A stretch of 60,901 nucleotides of DNA. Source: a virus (taxonomy: Duplodnaviria > Caudoviricetes). The translations under genes were made by a program, and so were the position numbers. The stretch spans positions 1 to 60,901 of the IMG/VR virus record IMGVR_UViG_3300017717_000004; one strand, written 5' to 3'. Below, in pieces: positions 1-10,034 of this stretch (position 1 is its first letter; the number at the start of each line of letters is the position of its first letter). The notes beneath the pieces were generated by a model. That model saw nothing but the letters and a program-made list of their open reading frames with translations, was not told where the DNA came from and did not search any database.

Positions 1-123
1 AAAAAAAGTTTAACTGGAGGTTTTGCAGAAAGAAGGTCTAAATAGCTTATATACAACAACAACTACACATGTTGATAAAAAAGACCTAGAGAAACAAAAC
101 AAATCTAAGTCTTTTAAATATGG
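1..123. repeat. Terminal direct repeat, left copy (circular assembly overlap)
   Basis: Bases 1-123 are identical to 60779-60901, and the repeat falls inside the terS/terL junction. Confidence 0.97.
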
Positions 124-2269
124 CTATGATGATAAAAGAAACATTGTTGTAATATCAAAAAACGGAACCGTTGGTGATATAATTCATGTAAACGGTATTT
201 TTATAGGCTTACCTAAAGAGCCAAAAAACATATACTCTAGAAATAATTTAAAAAAGGAACAGTACTGGGAGGCAAAAGAGTATCCTAAAGCATTAAAACC
301 ACTTCAAACTATATTTCAATGGAATGAAATGAATAAAGAATATAAGGAAAAATGGGTTCCTTATATAGAAGAAGAGTTTGATAGAAGAGAAAATGGCTTT
401 TGGTTTAAGAATAATGGGGTACCCACATATATTACAGGCACACATTACATGTATCTTCAATGGACAAAAATTGATGTAGGCAAGCCAGATTTCAGAGAAT
501 CAAATAGGTTATTTTTTATATATTGGGAAGCGTGTAAGGCTGACATCAGGTGTTACGGAATGTGTTATTTAAAAAACAGACGTTCTGGTTTTTCATTTAT
601 GTCTTCTGCAGAAATAGTTAATCAAGCAACAATAAGGTCTGACTCAAGATTTGGTATTCTGTCTAAGACGGGTGCAGATGCTAAAAAAATGTTTACAGAC
701 AAAGTTGTTCCTATATCTGTAAATTATCCCTTTTTCTTCAAACCCATACAGGATGGTATGGATAGACCTAAATCCGAACTTGCATATAGGGTTCCAGCAT
801 CAAAACTAACAAGGAAATCTATATCAAACACAAGCACTATAAGTGATTTACAGGGATTAGATACAACTATTGATTGGAAAAACACAGGAGATAATAGTTA
901 TGATGGGGAAAAATTAGCCCTACTGGTGCATGATGAAAGCGGTAAGTGGGATAAGCCTGATAATATACTTAATAATTGGAGGGTAACAAAAACATGTTTG
1001 AGATTAGGTAGAAGGATTATAGGTAAATGTATGATGGGCTCTACCTCAAACGCACTCGACAAAGGAGGTGAAAACTTTAAAAAACTATATTACGACTCAG
1101 ACCCTAATACAAGAAATTCAAATGGACAGACCAAAAGCGGTATGTACAATTTATTTATTCCTATGGAGTGGAATATGGAGGGGTTTATTGATAAGTATGG
1201 TTTTCCTGTATTCGAAACCCCTAACAAGCCTTTATTAAGTAATTATGGAGATTATATAACACAAGGAGCTATTGATTATTGGCAAAATGAAGTAGATAGT
1301 TTAAAGCAGGACCCAGATGCCTTGAATGAATTTTATAGACAATTCCCAAGAACAGAATCTCATGCATTTAGGGATGAGTCTAAAAATACATTATTCAATC
1401 TCACTAGAATATATGAACAAATAGATTATAACGACTCATTTGCTATAAAATCAACAGTCACAAGAGGTAATTTTCATTGGAAAGCAGGAGTGAGAGATAG
1501 TGAAGTTATTTTTTCACCTGAAAACAAAGGTAGATTCTTTTTATCTTGGATTCCCTCTAAAGATTTAATAAATAATGTTATAGAGAAAAACGGAAAAAAA
1601 TATCCAGGCAACAAACATATAGGTTCATTTGGTGGTGACTCTTATGATATATCAGGTGTTGTAGGTGGTGGTGGTTCAAAAGGCTCTGTTCATGGAATGA
1701 CTAAGTTTCATATGGAAGACGCTCCTACAAACATGTTTTTTTTAGAATATATTTCAAGACCTCAAACAGCTGAAATATTTTATGAAGACGTTCTTATGGC
1801 TTTGCATTTTTATGGCATGCCAATCCTTTTGGAAAACAACAAGCCAAGAATTTTGTATTATTTAAAAGAAAGAGGCTATAGGGCTTTCTCAATAAATAGA
1901 CCAGATAAACATAGAAATATTTTGTCAAAATCAGAAAAAGAACTTGGCGGGATACCTTCATCAAGCGCTGTGATTTCTGTTCATGCAGAGAACATTGAAA
2001 GTTACATAGAATCACATGTTGGAGTTTTAAAAGATGAAGCAAGCGCTGACTTTGGAAGTTGTGGTAATATGTTTTTTAACAGAACTTTGTTGGATTGGGC
2101 TAACTACGATATCACTAATAGAACTAGGTTTGATGCAACGGTGAGCTCAGGCTTTGCTATAATGGCAAATCAATCAACTAAAAATAAAGGTGAAGAAAAA
2201 CGTAATCAAATAAATCTTAACTTTGCGAAATACAGTAACAAAGGTTTTGTTAGTGAAATTATTAAATAA
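23..2269 (+). CDS. terL: Terminase large subunit
   Basis: Walker A-like LKNRRSGFS, Walker B LLVHDESGKW, coupling motif GST, RNase H-type nuclease GGDSYD; directly upstream of the portal. Confidence 0.93.
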   Translation: MQKEGLNSLYTTTTTHVDKKDLEKQNKSKSFKYGYDDKRNIVVISKNGTVGDIIHVNGIFIGLPKEPKNIYSRNNLKKEQYWEAKEYPKALKPLQTIFQWNEMNKEYKEKWVPYIEEEFDRRENGFWFKNNGVPTYITGTHYMYLQWTKIDVGKPDFRESNRLFFIYWEACKADIRCYGMCYLKNRRSGFSFMSSAEIVNQATIRSDSRFGILSKTGADAKKMFTDKVVPISVNYPFFFKPIQDGMDRPKSELAYRVPASKLTRKSISNTSTISDLQGLDTTIDWKNTGDNSYDGEKLALLVHDESGKWDKPDNILNNWRVTKTCLRLGRRIIGKCMMGSTSNALDKGGENFKKLYYDSDPNTRNSNGQTKSGMYNLFIPMEWNMEGFIDKYGFPVFETPNKPLLSNYGDYITQGAIDYWQNEVDSLKQDPDALNEFYRQFPRTESHAFRDESKNTLFNLTRIYEQIDYNDSFAIKSTVTRGNFHWKAGVRDSEVIFSPENKGRFFLSWIPSKDLINNVIEKNGKKYPGNKHIGSFGGDSYDISGVVGGGGSKGSVHGMTKFHMEDAPTNMFFLEYISRPQTAEIFYEDVLMALHFYGMPILLENNKPRILYYLKERGYRAFSINRPDKHRNILSKSEKELGGIPSSSAVISVHAENIESYIESHVGVLKDEASADFGSCGNMFFNRTLLDWANYDITNRTRFDATVSSGFAIMANQSTKNKGEEKRNQINLNFAKYSNKGFVSEIIK

Positions 2270-2271
2270 AT

Positions 2272-4851
2272 ATGATAAATAAGCCGAAATTCAGTTCAGG
2301 TGGCGGTTTCCCTAATCAATTTGCTCCAGACCAAGAAAAAGATTCATACGAGTATGGGTTGAGAGTTGGTCAAGCTATTGAGTCAGAATGGTTTTCCAGA
2401 GATTATGGTGGAAGCAGATATGGAGAACTACGCTCTGAATACCTAAAAAGAAGACTTTACGCAAGAGGAGAGCAACCAGTAGAAAAGTATAAAAATGAAT
2501 TAGCTATAAATGGTGACTTGTCTTATCTTAATTTAGATTGGACTCCTGTACCTATCATACCTAAGTTTGTTGATGTTGTTGTAAACGGCATATCAAATAG
2601 GTTGCTTGATGTAAAAGTAGAAGCTATAGACTCAATTTCCTCTATGGAAAGAGAAACTTTTAAGCAAGATGTTATAGCTGACATGGTTGCTAGACCAATA
2701 CTTAAAGAAATCAAGGATACAACTGGTGTTGATGCTTTCAATTATCCAGAAGAACAACTACCAGAAAATTCTGAGGAGTTGGATTTATATATGCAACTAA
2801 AATACAAACAAGGTGTTGAGGTTGCAGAAGAAGCTGCTATAAAATCTGTATTTGAACTCAACAACTATGATGAAATAAAAAGAAGAATTGATGAGGATAA
2901 TGTTGTTTTAGGTATATCGGCTGTAAAGCATTGTTTTGATGTACACAACGGAGTCAGAGTGGAGTATGTAGACCCAGTTAATTTTGTCTACTCTCCTACA
3001 GATGACCCTAACTTCAATAATTGTTATTATTATGGTGAAGTAAAATCAGTACATGTTACTGAAATAAAAAAAATTAATCCTGGACTTACACAAGAAGAAA
3101 TTGAAGAAATATCTAAAATGGCAAGTAGGTTTAACGGATACAGAAGTACTCAAAACCTAACAACACAAAGCGGCTTAGACAAGTCAAATGTTTCTTTGCT
3201 TTATTTTTGTTACAAAACAGACAAAGAAGTTACTTACAAAATAAAAGACAACGATAACGGTGGTCAAAAAGCAATAAAAAAAGACTCTCAGTTTAACCCA
3301 TCAGAAGAACAACAAGAAAGATTTAAAAAAGTTTCTAGAAGAATCGATGTTTGGTATGAGGGAGTTTTAGTTTTAGGTACAAATACTCTGCTTAAGTGGA
3401 ATGTAATGAACAATATGGTTAGACCTAAGTCTGCATTTCAAAGAACAATTCCCCCATACATCGTGTCAGCTATAAAGCTATCAAAAGGAAATATTGATTC
3501 TCTAGTTAAAAGAATGATACCTTTTGCCGACCAAATACAATTAACGCATTTAAAACTACAACAAGTAGTTGCTAAAATGATACCAGACGGGGTTTTTATA
3601 GATGCCGATGGTTTAAATAGTGTTGATTTAGGAAATGGAGCTTCTTATAACCCATCGGAAGCGCTATCAATGTACTTTCAGACAGGTAGTGTTATAGGTA
3701 GAAGTTATACTGAGGATGGAGATTTTAATAATGCAAGAGTTCCAATACAAGAACTTACAAGTAGTGGCTCAAATGCTAAAATAGCAAGTCTTATTAATAT
3801 GTATAATTACCAATTAAACATGATAAGAGCCGTTACTGGTATAAATGAAGCAAGAGATGGAAGTAGTCCAGACTCAAGAGCTTTAGTTGGTATTCAAAAA
3901 ATGGCTGCTTTAAACAGTAATACAGCCACAAGACATGTTGTTTTATCTGGAATACAAATTACAAAAAGACTTGCAGAAGCTATGTCTTATAGAATATCAG
4001 ACATACTTCAATATTCTGATTTTTCTGATGATTTTGCGAAAATGATTGGTAAGAATAATTTTGAAATTATTGCAGATATTCAGATGCTACATTTACACGA
4101 TTTTGGTATTTATATAGAAATAGAGCCAGATGAAGAAGAAAAGCAACAACTTGAACAAAACATACAGCAATCTATTTCAGCTGGATTAATAGGTCTTGAA
4201 GATGCTATTGATATTAGAACTATTAAGGACTTGACATTAGCAAACTCTCTTTTGAAACTAAGAAAAATCAAAAAAGAAACTGCAGATTTAGATAAGCAAC
4301 AAAAAGTAGCAGAAATACAATCTCAAGCAAATGCAAAATCTGCACAAGCAGCTTCTCAAGCTAGAATGCAAGAAGAACAATTTAAACTTCAATCTGAACA
4401 ACAAATGGCCCAAATGAAGGCTGAGTTAGATTTACAAAAAATGCAGGCTAAACTTCAAGTTGAAGCAGAGCTTTTAAAAATAAAGCATGGGTTCGATATG
4501 GAATTAAAGAGGCTTGAATCGGATGTCATAAAAAATAGAGAAGAATTCAAAGAAGATAGAAAAGACAAAAGAACCGAAAAACAAGCCACTCAACAAAGTA
4601 GGATGATAAAACAAAGAAAAGAAAATCTTCCTGCTACGGATTTTGAAGAAAAAGAAAATAAAAATATGGTTTCAAACCTACAATCATTAGGTGGGAATAT
4701 GCCACAAATAAGCGGTATAGCACCTCAACCTCCTTTTCCAGTTCGCCAAGAGCAACAAGCTTCTATTATGAGTCAACAAGAAATGCCTCAAGAACAAGCA
4801 GCGCCTTCTCCTGAACAAATCATGAGTATGCTGGGGCAAGGTGGTCAATAA
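2272..4851 (+). CDS. Portal protein
   Basis: 859 aa after terL; PIIPKFVDVVVNG and TGINEARDG segments typical of Bacteroidota podophage portals; long coiled-coil and Q/P-rich C-terminus. Confidence 0.85.
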   Translation: MINKPKFSSGGGFPNQFAPDQEKDSYEYGLRVGQAIESEWFSRDYGGSRYGELRSEYLKRRLYARGEQPVEKYKNELAINGDLSYLNLDWTPVPIIPKFVDVVVNGISNRLLDVKVEAIDSISSMERETFKQDVIADMVARPILKEIKDTTGVDAFNYPEEQLPENSEELDLYMQLKYKQGVEVAEEAAIKSVFELNNYDEIKRRIDEDNVVLGISAVKHCFDVHNGVRVEYVDPVNFVYSPTDDPNFNNCYYYGEVKSVHVTEIKKINPGLTQEEIEEISKMASRFNGYRSTQNLTTQSGLDKSNVSLLYFCYKTDKEVTYKIKDNDNGGQKAIKKDSQFNPSEEQQERFKKVSRRIDVWYEGVLVLGTNTLLKWNVMNNMVRPKSAFQRTIPPYIVSAIKLSKGNIDSLVKRMIPFADQIQLTHLKLQQVVAKMIPDGVFIDADGLNSVDLGNGASYNPSEALSMYFQTGSVIGRSYTEDGDFNNARVPIQELTSSGSNAKIASLINMYNYQLNMIRAVTGINEARDGSSPDSRALVGIQKMAALNSNTATRHVVLSGIQITKRLAEAMSYRISDILQYSDFSDDFAKMIGKNNFEIIADIQMLHLHDFGIYIEIEPDEEEKQQLEQNIQQSISAGLIGLEDAIDIRTIKDLTLANSLLKLRKIKKETADLDKQQKVAEIQSQANAKSAQAASQARMQEEQFKLQSEQQMAQMKAELDLQKMQAKLQVEAELLKIKHGFDMELKRLESDVIKNREEFKEDRKDKRTEKQATQQSRMIKQRKENLPATDFEEKENKNMVSNLQSLGGNMPQISGIAPQPPFPVRQEQQASIMSQQEMPQEQAAPSPEQIMSMLGQGGQ

Positions 4852-4870
4852 AATGTATAGGTTTTTTACT

Positions 4871-4878
4871 TAATTTTG
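4871..4878 (+). promoter_or_regulatory. Bacteroidota -7 promoter element TAATTTTG
   Basis: Matches TAnnTTTG, 34 nt before the ATG at 4905. Confidence 0.6.
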
Positions 4879-4904
4879 CATTATAAATTTAAATTTAATT
4901 AATT

Positions 4905-6056
4905 ATGAATCAAGAAAATCAAGAAGTTGATTACAAAGTCGACTTATCAAAACCACCTGTTGAAAAAACAGAAGAGGTAAAAGAAGAAAAAGACAATACT
5001 CAGGAAGAGGTTGTTGAAGAAAATAAAGATATTGAATCCAATGATGCTATAGAAGAAAAGGCAGACGAGGTTTCAGGGAAAGAAGCTGAAGTAGTTGAAG
5101 AAGTTGAAGAGCAACCAGAGGTTTCTATCTCAAAAGAAGATGTAATTGCTGAATTCTTAACTAATAAATATAGTTTAGGGATTGAGGAATTAGATAACGT
5201 TCTTTCAAATAAAGAAAAAAAAGCTCAAGATTTACCTGAAGAGGTAGAGAAGTATTTGCAATATAAATCAGAAACCAAAAGAGGGTTGAAGGATTTTGTA
5301 AAAGCAAATGAAGATTTCTCTGAATATGAGGAGTCGACTATACTTAGAGAATATTATAAGCAATCTAATCCAGAATTAGACGACACTGATATAGCTTATC
5401 TTATAGAAGAAAAGTTTGCCGTTGAAGAAGGAATAGATACGCAAAAAGATATTAAAAGAAAAAATCTTGAGCGAAAACAAGAGCTTTATAAAGCAAAAGA
5501 GTTTTTTAAGCAAACGCAGGAAAAATACAAAGCCCCGCTTGAGTCAAGTTTGGAGGATTTACCTGAAAATGTAAAAGAAGCTGTTGAGTTTTATAATAAA
5601 TACAACGACGATACGCAAAAAGAGCAAGAGACGCAACTTAAACAAAGAGAAGTCTTTCAAAAGAAAACGTCTGAAGTTTTTTCTGATAAGTTCGAAGGTT
5701 TTGAATTTAATATTGGAGAAAAAACATTTAGTTATAAGCCTAAAGATTTAAATAAAGTTGCTAAAAATCAATCAGATTTAACCAACTTTATTAATAAGTT
5801 TTTAGATGATAACGGCTATATAAAGGACGCTAAGAAGTATCATACAGCTTTGAATATGGCTATGAACCCAGAGGCATATGCTAAGTTCTTTTATGAACAA
5901 GGTAAATCTGATGCGGTAAATGAAGTAGTTAAAGATGGTAAAAATATTGATATGAATGTGCGTTCTAATGTTGATTCGTCAAAACCTGGAACTAAATTTA
6001 GAGTCTTACAGGATTCTGGTAATTTTGGTTCTGGACTGAAAATTAGAAAAAAATAA
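4905..6056 (+). CDS. Probable capsid scaffolding protein
   Basis: Very acidic helical 383-aa protein between portal and capsid genes. Confidence 0.65.
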   Translation: MNQENQEVDYKVDLSKPPVEKTEEVKEEKDNTQEEVVEENKDIESNDAIEEKADEVSGKEAEVVEEVEEQPEVSISKEDVIAEFLTNKYSLGIEELDNVLSNKEKKAQDLPEEVEKYLQYKSETKRGLKDFVKANEDFSEYEESTILREYYKQSNPELDDTDIAYLIEEKFAVEEGIDTQKDIKRKNLERKQELYKAKEFFKQTQEKYKAPLESSLEDLPENVKEAVEFYNKYNDDTQKEQETQLKQREVFQKKTSEVFSDKFEGFEFNIGEKTFSYKPKDLNKVAKNQSDLTNFINKFLDDNGYIKDAKKYHTALNMAMNPEAYAKFFYEQGKSDAVNEVVKDGKNIDMNVRSNVDSSKPGTKFRVLQDSGNFGSGLKIRKK

Positions 6057-6077
6057 TAAACGCTAAAAAAAAACAAA

Positions 6078-7472
6078 ATGGCACAATCAATTAATTTCCA
6101 AGGAAGCGCAGGCGCTCAAATCAGTGGCAGCACTTCCTTAACTCCTGCACCAGGAAAGGCTTTGCAAAACAGCAACTACCTTTCTAATGCAGATTACACA
6201 TTTGCACAGCAATACTTGCCAGACTTATATGAGCAAGAGTTTGAGCGTTACGGAAATCGTTCTGTAGCTTCTTTCTTGCGTATGGTAGGTGCTGAAATTC
6301 CTTCTTCTTCTGATTTAATCAAATGGAGCGAGCAAGGAAGATTACACATACAAGACTCTGGTACTATTAACGGCGCTGGCGACATCGACGGATTAACTGC
6401 TCACAGTCTTCGTGTAAACCAAACAATTATCATCTCTAAAACTGGAAGTCAAGCTAAAGCTTTAATTACAGCTGTAGCTGCTGACAGTATTACAGTAAAA
6501 ACATATGCATCTTTAGACTTAGTAAACCAGGCTGGTACTGATGGAAATGGTCCTTTTGATGACAATGATGCTGTAACTATCTTTGTATTTGGTTCTGAAT
6601 TTAAAAAAGGAACTAGTGGAATGGATGGTTCTTTAGAAGCTGATTTTGAAGCTAAAGAGAACAACCCAATTATCATCAAAGATAAGTATGAGGTATCAGG
6701 TTCTGAAATGGCACATGTTGGATGGGTTGAAGTAACTACTGAAGGCGGAGCTTCTGGATACTTATGGTATTTAAAATCAGAAAGTGAAACTAGACTAAGA
6801 TTTGAGGATTACCTTGAAACTTCAATGATTGAAGGTGAGCCTGCTGCGTCTGGTTCTGGAGCTGCAACAGCTGGTTACAAAGGTACAAAAGGTCTTTTCT
6901 ACGAAGTAGAAAATGGCGGAAACGTATCAACTGGAACTATCTCAGACAGAGAAGATTTAGAAGATATCGCTAAGGTTCTTGATAAAGAAGGAGCTATTCA
7001 AGAGAACGTTATGTTCGTGAATAGAGCTACATCTTTTGACGTAGACAAAGTATTAGCTGCACAAAACAATTCTGGAGCATCAACTGCTTCTTACGGATTG
7101 TTTGACAACGACGAAGATATGGCCTTGAACCTTGGGTTCTCTGGTTTCCGTATCGGATATGACTTTTACAAGTCTGACTGGAAATACTTAAATGATGCTA
7201 CTACTCGTGGTAACATTGGAGGAATTGACGGTATCGTTGTACCTGCTGGTTCTGTTACAGTTTATGACCAAGTTCTTGGAGAGAACGCTAAGAGACCTTT
7301 CTTACATGTAAGATATAGAGTTTCTCCTACTGAAGACAGAAAATACAAGTCTTGGGTAGTTGGTTCTGCTGGAGGAGCTGCAACAAGCGGTGACGACAAA
7401 ATGGAAGTTCACTTCTTATCAGAGCGTGCTCTGTGTACGATGGGAGCTAACAACTTCTTATTAATGAAGTAA
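6078..7472 (+). CDS. Major capsid protein
   Basis: 464 aa; QQYLPDLYEQEFERYGNRSVASFLRMVGAE N-terminus typical of marine flavobacterial podophage capsids; followed by a strong terminator. Confidence 0.85.
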   Translation: MAQSINFQGSAGAQISGSTSLTPAPGKALQNSNYLSNADYTFAQQYLPDLYEQEFERYGNRSVASFLRMVGAEIPSSSDLIKWSEQGRLHIQDSGTINGAGDIDGLTAHSLRVNQTIIISKTGSQAKALITAVAADSITVKTYASLDLVNQAGTDGNGPFDDNDAVTIFVFGSEFKKGTSGMDGSLEADFEAKENNPIIIKDKYEVSGSEMAHVGWVEVTTEGGASGYLWYLKSESETRLRFEDYLETSMIEGEPAASGSGAATAGYKGTKGLFYEVENGGNVSTGTISDREDLEDIAKVLDKEGAIQENVMFVNRATSFDVDKVLAAQNNSGASTASYGLFDNDEDMALNLGFSGFRIGYDFYKSDWKYLNDATTRGNIGGIDGIVVPAGSVTVYDQVLGENAKRPFLHVRYRVSPTEDRKYKSWVVGSAGGAATSGDDKMEVHFLSERALCTMGANNFLLMK

Positions 7473-7480
7473 TAATAAAT

Positions 7481-7510
7481 GGGGAGGGGTTTTCTCCTCC
7501 CCTTTTTTTT
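7481..7510 (+). terminator. Intrinsic terminator after capsid gene
   Basis: GGGGAGGGG-TTTT-CTCCTCCCC stem-loop followed by a T tract. Confidence 0.9.
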
Positions 7511-7533
7511 AATTTAATCTAATACATAATATA

Positions 7534-8310
7534 ATGGCAACAAAAACTGCAAAAAATGCGTTTGGATATAACTCTATACTACCAAACTTAGAACAAAAAG
7601 AAAGAGTATTTATTTTAAAAGGAAATAAATCACCAATACGGCTTATGATAGCTGTAAAACACACTTCAAGAAAACCTTTAACATATTTTGACGGAAACCT
7701 AAATAGAGCACTAAGGTATGCTACAAACCAACTTAGTCCATTCCAGGACGAGCAAGACGGTGTAGCTACTATGGAGCCTATTGTTTTTGAAAATGGAACT
7801 TTAATTGTTCCTGATTTCAATGTTAATCTTCAAAAGTTTTTATTCATTCACCCCGAATATAATAAAACTTTTTTTGAATTAGACAAGGAGGCAAATGCGT
7901 CAAAAGAAGTTGAGGAAATGTATACAACATTAGACTCTCAAATAGCTGCTAAAAATTTAGATATAAATGACTTAGAAGCAATAGCTAGAGTTTGCTTATC
8001 ATCATCAGCTTCAAATCTAACATCATCAGAATTGAGAAGAGATATGATATTGTATGCAAAGAAAAACCCTACTGAATTCATGAGTTTAGTTAATGATGAG
8101 AATCTTAAACTAAGAAATATAGCTGCAAAAGCTGTTGAAATGGGTATTCTTCACATTAAATCAGACAACAGAACAGTTGTTTGGAATAAAGATAGAAAAA
8201 AGAAAGTAATTATGGCTCCATTTGGAGAAAACGTATATAGTGCTTTAGGTATGTATTTTAAGACAGACGAAGGACTTGATGTTTTACAAAAGATTACTAA
8301 CAGTCTATAA
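7534..8310 (+). CDS. Conserved phage protein of the head module, function unknown
   Basis: 258-aa ORF directly after the capsid gene. Confidence 0.7.
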   Translation: MATKTAKNAFGYNSILPNLEQKERVFILKGNKSPIRLMIAVKHTSRKPLTYFDGNLNRALRYATNQLSPFQDEQDGVATMEPIVFENGTLIVPDFNVNLQKFLFIHPEYNKTFFELDKEANASKEVEEMYTTLDSQIAAKNLDINDLEAIARVCLSSSASNLTSSELRRDMILYAKKNPTEFMSLVNDENLKLRNIAAKAVEMGILHIKSDNRTVVWNKDRKKKVIMAPFGENVYSALGMYFKTDEGLDVLQKITNSL

Positions 8311-8336
8311 TTAGATTGTATGCATCGTGAAGGGAG

Positions 8337-8365
8337 AGAGGTTGCAAATTGCGACCTCTTTTTTT
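8337..8365 (+). terminator. Intrinsic terminator
   Basis: AGAGGTTGC-AAATT-GCGACCTCT followed by a T tract. Confidence 0.8.
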
Positions 8366-8366
8366 G

Positions 8367-8374
8367 TACTTTTG
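8367..8374 (+). promoter_or_regulatory. -7 promoter element TACTTTTG
   Basis: TAnnTTTG just after the terminator and before the ATG at 8390. Confidence 0.55.
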
Positions 8375-8389
8375 TAAAAAATATATCCT

Positions 8390-9142
8390 ATGATTAATAG
8401 TGTAAGGAATACTGTTATGTTTTTGCTAAATAAAGATAACAGAGGATATGTATCTCCTTCAGAGTTTGATTTTTTTGCAAAACAAGCACAGCTTGAAATA
8501 TTTGAATCTTATTTTACAGAGTATTCAAAGGCTGTTTTTATGCAAAACAATAGAAGAAAAGCAGCAAACTACGGGGATACAGTTCAGCACATACAAAACA
8601 AAATTGATAAGTTTTATTCAAACGCAAACTTAGCATATCGTGATGTGGGACTTGCGAGTCCAAGCGTTGGTGAAGAGCAAGATTATTTTGACTTACCAAC
8701 TGATTTATATAAATTAATTAACATCACTTATCAAGGTGGTTTTGGTTCTAGCACAACTATGGGTGGCGGCGCTGTAGTTCAACCTGTTAGACCACACAAG
8801 TTTGATATGATTGTGAACAGCAATATTACTCAGCCGACCGTTACATATCCAATCTATGTTCGTAGTGCTAATACCATATATGTAAGACCTTTGTCGATAC
8901 AATCTAATATTCAGGCAAACTATATTCGAAGACCAGTCGACCCACACTGGGGTTATAACACTATTAACTCGGACCCTGTTTACAATGCAGATAGCTCAAC
9001 AAATTTTGAAATATCAGGAGAAGATGAAACAGAATGAGTTGTGAAAATTTGCAAATATGCAGGATTAAGTATTAGAGAGGCTGATGTTGTACAAGTAACA
9101 GCGCAGCAAGAGCAAGTAGAATTTACAAAAGAAAACTCATAA
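8390..9142 (+). CDS. Tail tubular/adaptor-like structural protein, interrupted by an in-frame TGA at 9035-9037
   Basis: ORF stops at 9037 but the same frame continues VVKICKYAGLSIREADVVQV... to TAA at 9142, 3 nt before the next ATG. Confidence 0.7.
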
Positions 9143-9145
9143 AGC

Positions 9146-10033
9146 ATGCCAGTTATAGGAAGACACATAGACCATAGAGAATATTATCAAAATGATGGCA
9201 ACTTGCCATTAAGTGAAAACTGGGGTACATATCAGTATTTACTCTTATCTGATATAATAAATAATTTTATGCTGTCTTATGTAGGCGACAATAAGGTTAT
9301 AAATAAGATAGATAGAAATGAAGTTGTATTTCATGCAAAAAGAGGTTTACAAGAAATTCATTATGATGCATTAAGAGAGGTAAAAGGTTTTGAGGCTGAA
9401 TTGCCAGATAACCTAAAAATGCATCTACCACACGACTTTGTTAGTTGTGTTAAGGTTTCATATGTTGGAGATGATGGTTTAACCCATCCTATTGTGACTA
9501 ATTATAACACAGCAACTCCTACAAGTTATCTTCAAGACAACACTGCTCAGAAAAACATACTTTTAGACAATAATGATGATGCTCTTACAGGTACTCCTGT
9601 AATTGAGACAAACTGGGCAAACCAGCCTGGTGATGCTAAAAAAATGCCTTCTAGAAATCTACTAGGTCAAAATTTTGGTATGGACACAGCTTCAAAAAAT
9701 AATAATGGAAGCTATGTTCTTGATAAAAACCAAGGTTTAATTCTTTTTAGTTCTGATTTAACTGGTAAGAATATTTTGATAGAATACGTTTCAGACGGTA
9801 TGTATGGCTTGGCTGATAATGAAATAAAAGTTCATAAACTTGCTGAAACCTTTATGTATGATTATATCGTTTCAAATATACTGAAACAAAAATTTGGTGT
9901 TCAAGAGTTTATTGTAAGAAGAGCTCAAAAACAAGCTTTAGCTTCATTAAGAAACACAAAAATTAGACTCAATTCTATTAAATTAAACGAACTAACTCAG
10001 ATATTAAGAGGAAGAGATAAGTGGATAAAGTAG
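9146..10033 (+). CDS. Structural (tail adaptor/ring) protein
   Basis: 295-aa ORF in the tail module with a LPHDFV motif; position suggests a ring/adaptor role. Confidence 0.6.
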   Translation: MPVIGRHIDHREYYQNDGNLPLSENWGTYQYLLLSDIINNFMLSYVGDNKVINKIDRNEVVFHAKRGLQEIHYDALREVKGFEAELPDNLKMHLPHDFVSCVKVSYVGDDGLTHPIVTNYNTATPTSYLQDNTAQKNILLDNNDDALTGTPVIETNWANQPGDAKKMPSRNLLGQNFGMDTASKNNNGSYVLDKNQGLILFSSDLTGKNILIEYVSDGMYGLADNEIKVHKLAETFMYDYIVSNILKQKFGVQEFIVRRAQKQALASLRNTKIRLNSIKLNELTQILRGRDKWIK

Positions 10034-10034
10034 T

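Noticed and set aside
1-123. Terminal repeat as the physical DTR of the virion DNA
   Set aside because: It falls inside the terS/terL junction and is the size expected of an assembler overlap; it shows circularity only
9035-9037. Genome-wide stop-codon reassignment
   Set aside because: Other genes are intact in the standard code and use TGA and TAG as stops with coupled starts
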